Origin: Octopus sinensis
Taxonomy: Eukaryota
Reading direction: 5' to 3'
DNA length: 38,400 bases
Assembly: GCF_006345805.1 (NCBI RefSeq)
Contig: NW_021835752.1
Location: 1-38,400 of the forward strand
Shown here piece after piece: positions 21,736 to 32,732 of this stretch (position 1 is its first letter; every line of letters begins with the position of its first letter). Under the pieces are notes generated by a model, which was not told the origin of the DNA, made no database searches, and saw only the letters and a list, made by a program, of their open reading frames with translations. The translations under genes were made by a program, and so were the position numbers.

Positions 21736-22101
21736 GGACAAATAGACTTAATCTTTCACCTTTTTAATAACCCCGTCGTCACCACCATCACCTGATCGTT
21801 AGGCCCCTCTGGTGGATTTACTTCTGTCTAAAGCATTCTGACACTGTTTCTGGTTTGAGAATAACATTTTTCCCTAACAAGTCTCAGAGGCTCTCAAAAG
21901 AAAGAAAGAAAGATAGAAAGAAAAAGAAAGAAAGAAAAAATAAACAGTCAACAGCGCTGCTTTTCCTTTCCTTACTAAATGGTAAAATAAATTTTTGAAC
22001 AAAATAAGTCACCAACCAAATACAATGGAAGATTCAAACGATTGCAGCCTCACCCAGCCTTGTGGGAGTCTTGTGTCTTGGTTATGAAGTAACTATTTCC
22101 C

Positions 22102-22938
22102 ATCATCATCAACATCATCATCATCATCCTCATCATCATCATCATCGTCATCATCATCTTCGTCGTCATCATCGTCATCGTCATCATCATCATCATCATC
22201 ATTGTCATCATCATCATCATCATCATCATCTTCATTGTCATTATCATCATCGTTATCGACAACATCCCTATTATATTATAACCATCGACATCATAACAAT
22301 GATCGTTACCATAACGACGACGTCGACCACCACCACCACCACCACCTCCACCACTACTACCACCACCACCTCCTCCATCATCACGAATAAATAACCGCCA
22401 TCGCCACCAACACATTCCCCACTACCCCCCAAATCTTTCGTCATCACCGCCACCACACCACCACCACTGTCAACAGTACCAGTAATATCCTACCTGCGTT
22501 GTACTCATAGTACCATCACTAACCATCATCACGATCATGATCACTCCCACCAGATGCAGCAGACCAACCGTGGCCACCATAACAGAAACATACCACCACC
22601 AACACCATCGCTCTAGACACCTCGAACTATCATTATCATCATCACCATCAACATCACAGACCTCGCAACCACGACCACCAACGCCACCACCACCACTACC
22701 GCCACCACCACCAATACCGCCACAACTTCCAACACCACCACCAATACCGCTACCACAGTTGCCACGGCCAACGTCACCAACATCATCATAATCATCATCA
22801 TCATCATCATCATAAGCATCATCACCACTACCACCGCCACCACAGTTACACCCACCATCACTACCACTGCTGTCACGATCACCATCACCATCACCATCAT
22901 CATCATTACCATCATCAACGCCAAGCGTCCCACCACCA
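22102..22938. repeat. (CAT)n/(CAC)n low-complexity tract
   Basis: Directly visible. It gives the poly-His and poly-Met ORFs. Confidence 0.95.
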
Positions 22939-23387
22939 TTAATTATTAATTAGCTTTTGTTTTACTACCATCCATGTTGTGATCTAATTAGTTGTTTACT
23001 GACTTCGCTTTGTATTACCGACAGTGGGAGTGGTGTGAGGAGGTGGAGAAGCAATAATCTCACCCTCGCTCTTATCACCTCACTCTCTTTGAATCTGTCT
23101 GTCTGTCTCTCTGTCTTGTCTTTGTGTCTGTCTGTCTGTCTGTCCCTTTGTCCGCCTGTTCTTCTCCTACCTGTTTTTCCTTACCTTTCTCATTCTGTCT
23201 TTCTCATTCTGTCTTTCTCGCCATCTTTCTTTGTTCGTCTGTTCTTCTCTCTCTCTCCCCCTCTCCTTCTCTCCTCTCTGTCTTTCACACACACTTGTTT
23301 CTTTCCTACACTTCTCTCTCTCTCTCTCTCTCCCATTTACAGACGTTTTATCTTTCGCTTCTCACGATACTTCAATCTGTCTAAAAG

Positions 23388-23760
23388 CATACATACACAC
23401 ACACATACATACATACATACATACATACACACACATACATACATATATGCATACTTACATACATACACACATACACACATACATACATACACACATACAC
23501 ACATACACACATACACACGTACATACACACATACATGCATACATACATACATACATACATACATACACACATACATACATACATACATACATACACACAT
23601 ACATACATACATACATACACACATACATACATACATACATATATGCATACATGCATACATACACAATACATGCATACATACATACATATGCTCTCTCTCT
23701 CTTTCTCTCTCTCTCACACACACACACAAACACACAGACAAACACAAAGGCACACACGCA
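23388..23760. repeat. (CATA)n/(CA)n microsatellite
   Basis: Directly visible. Confidence 0.95.
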
Positions 23761-23765
23761 CAAAT

Positions 23766-24092
23766 GGCACTCCGTCGGTTACGACGACGAGGTTTCCAGT
23801 TGATCCGATCAACGGAACAGCTTGCTTGTGAAATTAACGTGGCAAGTCGCTTAGTGCTCCACAGACATTCTTACCCCTTCATATACTTCTCAGGGAGATT
23901 CAGAGTGACACAGAATGTGACAAGGCTGGCCCTTTTTAATTACAGGTACAACTCGTTTTTACCAGCTGAGTGAACTGGAGCAACGTGAAATAAAGTGTCT
24001 TGCTCAAGGACACAACGCACCGCAGAGAATCGAACTCACGACCTTAGGATCGTGAGCCGAATGCCCCTAACCACTAAACCACACCCCTTCAC
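23766..24092 (-). mobile_element. tRNA-derived SINE family D with CORE-like domain (possibly octopus OR2-like)
   Basis: Minus-strand head TGGTTTAGTGGTTAG..GAGTTCGATTCT. TGTGTCCTTGAGCAAGACACTT..CAGCTGGTAAAAA resembles the MIR/CORE domain. The 3' ~185 nt are shared with family C. The family name is from recall only. Confidence 0.8.
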
Positions 24093-24388
24093 AAACGCAT
24101 ACACATACCCACATACATACACACACATACACATACACACATACACTCATACAGACACATAATACCCATGTACACACAGGCACACACACACATACACACA
24201 CTTACACACACATACATACAAGCACACGCACACGCACAAATCTACAAAAACAACAACGATATAACAACACATACCAAAAGTGGAATCGGCTCCTTTGATT
24301 AAATTCCTGAAAATCCATGCAGAGTCATTTGTTCTTTAATATTCCATCACTGAAACCAGTAAAGAATAAAGGAATATAGGAATATAAG

Positions 24389-24768
24389 GAGGCGCAATGG
24401 CCCAGTGGTTAGGGCAGCGGACTCGCGGTCGTAGGATCGCGGTTTCGATTCCCAGACCGGGCGTTGTGAGTGTTTATTGAGCGAAAACACCTAAAAGCTC
24501 CACGAGGCTCCGCAGGGGATGGTGGTGATCCCTGCTGTACTCTTTCACCACAAATTTCTCTCACTCTTACTTCCTGTTTCTGTTGTACCTGTATTTCGAA
24601 GGGCCGGCCTTGTCACTCTCTGTGTCACGCTGAATATCCCCGAGAACTACGTTAAGGGTAAACGTGTCTGTGGAGTGCTCAGCCACTTACACGTTAATTT
24701 CACGAGCAGGCTGTTCCGTTGATCGGATCAACCGGAACCCTCGTCGTCGTAACCGACGGAGTGCTTCC
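24389..24768 (+). mobile_element. tRNA-derived SINE family C, full length, with 13-bp TSD
   Basis: A box TGGCCCAGTGG at 24398-24408, B box GGTTTCGATTCCC at 24441-24453. TSD ATAGGAATATAAG at 24376-24388 and 24769-24781. Confidence 0.9.
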
Positions 24769-24879
24769 ATAGGAATATAAGAATAAAAAAAGCAAATGGA
24801 ATGTATGATGGTTAAAACTACTGCATACTCTCGTAATCACTGCATTGACCAAACTGTCGGATATTGTTATACACCGCTT

Positions 24880-25409
24880 GGCACAATGCGCTTCTTGTTC
24901 TAGCTTCACTGCGCTATTCTTTTTCCATTTTGGTCCAATTCGTTTGGCTAAATCGTCTTCCCATCCTAATGGAGGCATTCCGAGTGGGTTTTTCTGATCT
25001 TTCGGATATTGCTCTGCAACTGTATGAGTCGAAATGTTTGCCGTAAAACTTACGCCGTGTCCTCGTGCAGTGGAACTTGTGCTTCCGGTATTCTGCGACC
25101 ACGTCTCAAATTATTTCGTTTCGGATATTCTATCGTAAGGAAATTCTAAGCATAGATCTTTCCATGGCCATTTCTGTCGATGTTACTTCTCTTTGTAATA
25201 AATAGCTCACGTTTCACTTATGTTTAAGAGCAATGGAAGGACAGCATCATCAAAGAACCCGACCCACAGGCTCTTGTCTAGCTTTGCTCTGAGCATATCT
25301 TGTTTATCGGGGCAAACTCCCTTCATCTTGTCCTTGTTCTTCCAAAAATGTCAGCATCCATGTCTCGGTGAATATTCACTGTGTACTCCAGCTGGACGTA
25401 CTTAGCGCG
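24880..25409 (-). mobile_element. RTE-clade LINE reverse-transcriptase 3' fragment (pseudogenised)
   Basis: Minus-strand pieces across frames: KYVQLEYTVNIHRDM; FFDDAVLPLLLNISET*; VTSTEMAMERSMLRISLR*NIRNEII; ARGHGVSF..TVAEQYPKDQKNPLGMPPLGWEDDLAKRIGPKW. These match the RTE post-RT motifs LFDSxVLPxLLYxSETW, QRAMERSMLGISLRDRIRNE and WYPRxxKRPxGRPxxRWEDD. Confidence 0.8.
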
Positions 25410-25640
25410 TGATAACGAAAAGAAGAAAAGAAAAAAAAACGAATATCACAGATATAAGAAACAAATTTGTTTATTTCTTAAACATTCACTCGATCAAAAT
25501 GAATGAGTTTATATTGGTAGATAGCAAATAAGCGCCCCATTAATTGTATTGTCACGGAAAGAATAGCAAACAATTTGTTATTATAATAGGTATTATTTAC
25601 ATTGGGATATGCGTACATATGTATATATGTATATACGTAC

Positions 25641-25674
<34 letters not shown>

Positions 25675-25733
25675 GCAAATGTGTGATAATAGATGGAAAT
25701 ATGTGCAAATAACATGCAAAGAAACGTATATAT

Positions 25734-25812
<79 letters not shown>

Positions 25813-26008
25813 TGTATGTATGTATGTATGTATGTATGTATATGTAAATGTAGAATGATGTATTGGTGGGGGAGTGTCTGTGTGTCTGATGTATGCGGGT
25901 AACAACAGTTTAAGAGTTTATTAGTCATATAAACACTGGAATTCATTATAAGAAATTCTAAGAACACATACATTAGCATATGTATATACATGTGTATATA
26001 TATATATA

Positions 26009-26043
<35 letters not shown>

Positions 26044-26067
26044 GTATACATGTGTGTATATGTGTCA

Positions 26068-26103
<36 letters not shown>

Positions 26104-26109
26104 ACCTAC

Positions 26110-26176
<67 letters not shown>

Positions 26177-26554
26177 CCTATCTATCTATCTATCTATCTA
26201 TAAATAAATATATATATATATATATGTATCTATACGTGGGTAGACATGTATATTTGTATGTACAAATGCACGCATACATTTCAAGAATGTGCCTGATAAG
26301 GCTGACGGCTAAAAAAGATGGCTGTCTAGCGATGAGATTCCTTCTTGGAATCGCTGCTTTCCTTCTTGGAGAAACACCATTTACCATTGTGCAGATCAAC
26401 CTCAATCTTGTCACTTAATCTGGTCAGGTGCCACCACCCACCAAAAAATTTTTTATACATATGGAGTGTGTTTGTGTGTGTATATGTGTTTATGCGTCCG
26501 CCCGCACAGGTGTTTGTGAATACGTATGAGGTTTACATATATACATACATACAT

Positions 26555-26734
26555 ACAGGTACACTGCGACACAATTTCTTTTCCTCAACAGGCCCTGCCC
26601 TTTTTAACATTGTCCCAAAACTGATCAAAAAGGAAAAGGATCCCATCACCTTTAAACGGTATCTGGACAAATTTCTCCAAGGAATACCAAATAAGCCACC
26701 CATACATGGATACAACTCACTACTTGAATGGACC
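26555..26734 (+). mobile_element. CR1/L2-group LINE ORF2 C-terminal fragment
   Basis: TGTLRHNFFSSTGPALFNIVPKLIKKEKDPITFKRYLDKFLQGIPNKPPIHGYNSLLEW fits the GPxLFNxLP..FKxxLDxFLxxxPDxP..NSL terminal motif. Confidence 0.8.
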
Positions 26735-26749
26735 ATAAACATAATCTTT

Positions 26750-26950
26750 TCCCTGTTTCAGTCATTAGACTGCGGCCATATATATAAATGCGTCTATACG
26801 TAGTTTCCATCTCCAACATTGGGCCACGGCGCAACGATGGGCCCGGGGTTATGATTAAAAGCACTTGCTGAATTTGTGTGCGCAGTTGGATTGAACTAGA
26901 AACCACGCGATTGCGAAGCGAGCTTTTTAACCTCACGGCCATGCTGGTGC
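26750..26950 (-). mobile_element. Degenerate, rearranged SINE B remnant
   Basis: TGTTTCAGTCATTAGACTGCGGCCAT joined to GTTTCCATCTCCAA and a degenerate head. Confidence 0.5.
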
Positions 26951-27027
26951 CTATGTCGAATTTCTTTTATAAAGGAAGGACCCTATTTTGAATAAAATTC
27001 ATGGTAATGCCATTCAAAGCAATTTCC

Positions 27028-27371
27028 TTTTACTTGTTTCAGTCATTGGTCTGGGCCCATGCTGGAGCACCGCCTCGGAGAATTTTTAACCAAATGAATC
27101 GACCCCAGTACTTTGTTTTACCAGGTTACTTATTCTATCGTGCGTTTTTACCGAACCGCTAAGTTACAGGGACGTAAACACACCGACACCAGTTGTCACT
27201 CAGAGGAGGGGCACAAACACACACACAATCACGACGGGCTTCTTCCTGTTTCCATCTACCAATTCTACCCCCAAGGCTTTCGCCGTAAGTTTATTATAGA
27301 AGTCACTTGCCTAAGTTGCCACGCAGCGGGACTGAACCCGGCACCATGTGGTTCGAAAGCAAGCTCCTTAC
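27028..27371 (-). mobile_element. SINE family B, near full length
   Basis: Minus-strand head CACATGGTGCCGGGTTCAGTCCC..GGCAACTTAGGCAAGTGACTTCTA, short internal (GT)n, 3' domain ending GACTGAAACAAGTAAAA. Confidence 0.85.
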
Positions 27372-28870
27372 TTCCTTGAAGAAAAAAAAGATAGATTCTT
27401 TGATGTTTTGGGTTCCAATCCGGCACAGGTCGAAGCTTCATTTCAGCCGTTCGATCTCGGTAAAACAACCAATCAAATATTAGGATTGATCCGATTGACT
27501 TAATCGATTGTTCGATCCGCTCCTCCCTCCACTTTGCATAATTATAAATCATTAAATTACGTCCTTCTATATTTCAAAATGTAATTACTTGGCAACAAAG
27601 ACGTTAATGACGGCCATTAAAATAAATACCAGTAATATAATTGGGTCGTTTTACTCACTAATGACGCCCCGTTCCCCCATTCCTCTCCCCTTACGTCTCC
27701 TTCTCTACCCACATCGTTGCTCTCAGCAACATCAGCAGCAGCAATACCGCCGCCGTTTTCGCCGTCTTCACCGCCTCCGCCATCGCCGCTATATATACTC
27801 CTCCTCTTCTTCCTCCTCCATCTCCTCATCCCCCCACCTTCCACTTCAAATTATTTCTGACCTGTATTAATGTGAGAAATCCTTATTAATATTTTATTTT
27901 ATTGTATTTCCCGATAGATTTATAATCGCAAATAACATCGATGGGATTAGAGAGAGAGAGAAGAGAGAGGAAGAGAGAGAGAGAGAGAGCGAGAGAAGAC
28001 AGAGTAATCTAAAGAAAGAGAGAGTGAGGGAGTGGAGAGGGAGAGTGAGTGAGTGAGAGCGTTGCAGTGAAAGGGAAAAGAAATGGAGAAAGAGAGAAGT
28101 GGAGTGGAGAAGAACAGATGGAGTGAAACAGAAAGAGAAGTAGAGAGTTAGAGAGCGCAAGAGAGGGAGTTATATATATATAGATAGAGAGAGAGAGGGG
28201 AGGGAACAGGTGAGAGGAAGGAAAGAGTGAGTGAGAGAAAGAGACAGGGAGAAAGAGAGGAGGAGGAGGGATAGAGAGATGTTCAGACAAATACACGCGG
28301 CCACACAGAGACACGCACATGAAGTCATCCGCAAACCCACACATCTAAAACGAAAAAATATATATAAGGCCCAACAATTTGTATTATAATTTATCATAAT
28401 TCAATTACCTGTTTGATTTATACATTTTTACAGTTAAACGACATTACCACCATCACCATCACCACCAACAACAACGACACTGCTACCACCACCACCACCA
28501 CCACCACCTCCAACATCACCACACTCAACACCGCTGCACACCATGCAAACTTCCAACAACACACGGATAATGTAGTGCAGGATAATCTCTATTCTATTCA
28601 AATGTTTCCAGTTCATGAAATGAGACGACCGGGCACGGCTGTGTAGGCGCTGGCGATTGGGCGCGGCTGTTTGGTCATTCAGCCTGTTTTAGCGGCAGTA
28701 CATTTTGGCAATGGTGGCAAGCAGACACACAGACATGCAGGCGAGAGCAAAAATATTGACATATAAATAGATAGATAGATAGACAAAGACAGAGAGAGAG
28801 GGGGGAGACAGAGAAAGATGGAGAAAGATATTACACATACATACAAGCACAACTAACCGCTCACATGCAT

Positions 28871-28929
<59 letters not shown>

Positions 28930-29540
28930 AGCGGCGGGAGGGAACAAAAGAAATACCAAAAGGAGAGAATCATTGAAATGGTTGATGTCAAATATAAGCC
29001 GACGTCGAATCAGCAGCGCCACACAGGCGGCACCAACACGGCTCTGCTAGAATACGTCTCACCTTCCATTTCACTCGTGGGTGGAGATCTGAACAACACG
29101 TTAGCATATTAAATATGATGTCTGTAGCTCTCTCTGGCCACACTGGCCAGTTGTTGGCCAGCAGTGTCCAGAGACGTAACGAAGGCTGTCTCCAACCATC
29201 TTGGACATCTGTGGTTGATATCCTTACCAGAGGGTTGTGTCCTTGCTCAAGGACACACGCTCCGCCCAGTCCAGGAATCTACACATAGACCTCAGGCCAT
29301 CGTCGGTCTTACTAGTAATTCTTCATGGATGGGTTTCCTCTTGTAGCTGGGTGAAAATTCCTGTCTCCAGGAGATGTGCGTTCGATTCCAACGGATAGCT
29401 TTCGACATTTTCCCATCTAAAGTTTTGTTTCTTTTTAATTCAATAATCTACATGCTAATATAGCTTTATCTGTTTCAAATTCCATCGTAGACCCCCCACA
29501 CACACGCTCACACACGCACATATGCACATATGCATGTAAT

Positions 29541-29693
29541 ATACGACAGGCTTCTTTCAGTTTCCTTCTACCAAATCTACTTGCAAGGCTTGGTCGGTCT
29601 GAAGCTATGATAGAAGACACTTGCCCAAGGTGGTATAGAACCGGAAACCATATGGTTGGGAATCAAACTTGTTACCACACAGCCATGTTTGCC
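29541..29693 (-). mobile_element. SINE family B head fragment
   Basis: The minus strand reads ATGGCTGTGTGGTAAC..ATGGTTTCCGGTTC..ACCTTGGGCAAGTGTCTTCTA..GAAACTGAAAGAAGCCTGTCGTAT. Confidence 0.8.
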
Positions 29694-29764
29694 TCTCTCT
29701 CTCTTTCTCTCGACTGCTTCGGCCGGATCGTGTTCTGCCCTTACTTTCGAAACACGCATTGAGT

Positions 29765-29880
29765 CAAAACAGGGGCAGCTGAAGAAGGGGAATGTTCCTT
29801 GTATTGTTTGTCTTGTACTCTGTTTTTTCGTTTCTCGTTGTGTTCTACATTTATTTGTGGTGTCCTGTACTCATATATGC
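29765..29880 (+). repeat. Family H4 copy
   Basis: AAAACAGGGGCAGCTGAAGAAGGGGAATGTTCCTTG..GTGTCCTGTACTCATATATG aligns with the reverse complement of 12130-12305. Confidence 0.5.
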
Positions 29881-29964
29881 ATGTATATATACATATAGAT
29901 GTAGGTATGTACATATATGTATGTTGAATGCATATGTATGTATGAATGCATATTGTTAAATATA

Positions 29965-30012
<48 letters not shown>

Positions 30013-30647
30013 TTGCAAGATTCCTTCTGTGAATTCGTGTGTTGAAGCAAATTCTGTTGTGTCTGAGATATATCTAACACACTCACCGGTTCAATTTCCA
30101 CTCGTGTCTCATATTAAGGCACTATGACTCCCGTAACACAACACTACACCCATCCACTCCCCCCCCCACACCACACTAACAAATTTTTGTGAAAATTGCT
30201 TGATACAGTATAAAAAAGGTTTTTCAAAAAAAATTATCTTTTTCAAAAAATGCCATAAATTCTTTGAGAACGTTCCTAACCTTTGTGTTTCTTTGAAGTT
30301 TCTTTCGAGTGTGTAAGCGCTTTCGATTTTCATTTCAAACACACCTGTTCTTGTATAATTCATGAAAGACAAAGTTGTCATTTCTGCAGTGGTGGTGGTA
30401 GTAGTATCTATTTCTGGTTTATTTTCGGATTTAGGGTTCTTATAAACTATTCTTCCTTTGTCTCTCATAGTTAATCAATGTAATCTAATATTTTGTAAAA
30501 AGGGATTATGCCAATATTCTTTCGGCATTGTTTATCATATGAGGGGTCAACTATTTTCAGTTTTGTTTCGGATTTAGAATTCTTTTCAAACATTCCTCAT
30601 TTGCCCTTCATAATTAAACATTTTCATCGTTTATTTTGTGTTCAATT

Positions 30648-31243
30648 GGTTGCGACGACGAGGGTTCCAGTTGATCCGATCAACGGAACAATCTGCTCGT
30701 GAAATTGACGTGCAAGTGGCTGAGCACTCCACAGACACGTGTACTCTTATTGTAGTTCTCGTGGAGATTCAGTGTGACAAGGCTGGCCCCTTTGAAATGC
30801 AGATAAAACAGAAACATAGAGTGAGAGAAAGTTGTGGCGAAAGAGTACAACAGGGAGTCGCTACCACCCCTTGCCGGAGCCTGGTGGAGCTTTAGGTGTT
30901 TTCGCTCAATAAACCCTCACAATGCTCGCTCTGGGAATCGAAACCTATTTCTTTATTACCCACAAGGGGCTAAACATAGAGGGGACAAACAAGGACAGAC
31001 ATAGGTATTAAGTCGATTACATCGACCCCAGTGCGTAACTGGTACTTAATTTATCGACCCCGAAAGGATGAAAGGCAAAGTTGACCTCGGCGGAATTTGA
31101 ACTCAGAACGTAACGACAGACGAAATACCGCTGAGCATTTCGTCCGGCGTGGTAACGATTCTGCCAGCTCGTCGCCTGGGAATCGAAACCGCGATTCTAC
31201 GACCGCGAGTCCACTGCTCTAACCACTGGGCCATTGCGCCTCC
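30648..31243 (-). mobile_element. SINE family C interrupted by a SINE A insertion
   Basis: Head at 31176-31243, body and tail at 30648-30945, colinear with 24389-24768. Confidence 0.85.
30946..31175 (-). mobile_element. SINE family A (A1 tail), full length, nested, with 15-bp TSD
   Basis: TSD CTGGGAATCGAAACC at 30931-30945 and 31176-31190. Confidence 0.92.
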
Positions 31244-32387
31244 ACGGATCTTACATCGTAACTATGTGAGTATTGCTTACGACTCCTTGCAAGACATACA
31301 TCATCCATTCGCCCATTCAGTCTCTAGCATTACACAGATTAGTCTCTTAATGTTATTTTACTGTTTTCTCTATCATTTCGTATCAATATAATATTACTGT
31401 GCTTCTTTATCTTATTCTTTTTTCTTTCTTTGGTCTGTAAATAGGGCAATTGTTGTTGTTGTTTGTGGTGTTGGTGTTAGTGGTGGTGGTGGCGGTGGTG
31501 GTTTTTACTGTTATTATTGCTCTTAATGTTGTTATTGCAGCTGTTTTGGAGGTTGTCCTACTTGTTGTTGTTTTTACTTAACCCCCATATTAGCCCCGAC
31601 CACGCAGATAGCCTATGATCACGGGCAATCTAACTATGACCCTCTCGCCTAATATTTCATGGACAGTGTGCTAATGTATATATATATATATATATATGTG
31701 TATCTATCTATCTGTATATATATATATATATATATATCATACATGCATATATATATATATATATATATATGTGTATGCACAACACACATAATAGACACAC
31801 ACACATATATATGTACACACGCACATATACACATGTCTACCCAAAAGTACACTATCCAAGGCCGTATGTCCTTCCTTTTTCTTGGCTGCCCTTATTATTT
31901 CTGGCAAATCAAATACTTACCAAAAAACCACCATAACTGGCTTGTATGGAAATTTAGTTATTCAAATAATTCTAGGACTAAAAGCAATGCCGTTCCAGAT
32001 ATGCTCACCACATCTTAAAGAAATTGGGTGTCCTTATTGAAACTATCTTTTATTTCAGACAATAGACTGTGATTAGAGGAAGATTTGGTTGCTATTTCTA
32101 ACACGATGTGCGACTACGTAGTAGCCTCCCTTGTTGTGATGTTTGTTTGTTGGTTTGTAGGGTGGAAGTTTCAACTCTGATATTGAACAGAACAGTCTTA
32201 ACACTGGCTACAAGTCATTAATCTTCGTATTAGGAGAGTTTAGTGAGGGTGAGGGAGGGAAGAGGGTGGAAAGGGAGGAATTGTGTATGTGGGGGGAGGG
32301 GTGTAGTGAGAAGAGACGCGAGGCAGAGTAGGGAATGATAGGGAGGGGTGGAAAAAGAAGGAGGGAAAGAAACAGACATACATGCCT

Positions 32388-32389
<2 letters not shown>

Positions 32390-32463
<74 letters not shown>

Positions 32464-32622
32464 ACAGACAGATAGATAGATAGATAGACAGACAGAATGA
32501 CAGATAGGCAGAGGCATATTGACAGAGGAACAGAATGACAGATAGACAGATGGATAGATAGCTAGATAGATATATAGATAAGTAGATAGATAGATTAGTA
32601 CATAGACAGACAGACAGATAGG

Positions 32623-32703
<81 letters not shown>

Positions 32704-32732
32704 CAATGGAAAGATAGATTGATGGATAGATA
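32390..32732. repeat. (GATA)n/(GACA)n microsatellite
   Basis: Directly visible. It continues at 34455-34550 beyond the Tx1 insertion. Confidence 0.95.

Noticed and set aside
24389-24465. tRNA gene (also the tRNA-like heads at 24092, 1345 and 31243)
   Set aside because: A and B boxes are present, but there is no acceptor-stem pairing or T-run terminator, and each continues into a SINE body.
28620-29180. CpG-richer islands beside (GA)n as a promoter
   Set aside because: Only isolated short motifs, and no associated exon or transcript start is visible.
30109-30468. 119-aa minus-strand ORF, and a TTAAGGCAC start as a DNA-transposon end
   Set aside because: No recognisable domain, partly low complexity, and no matching second terminus found.
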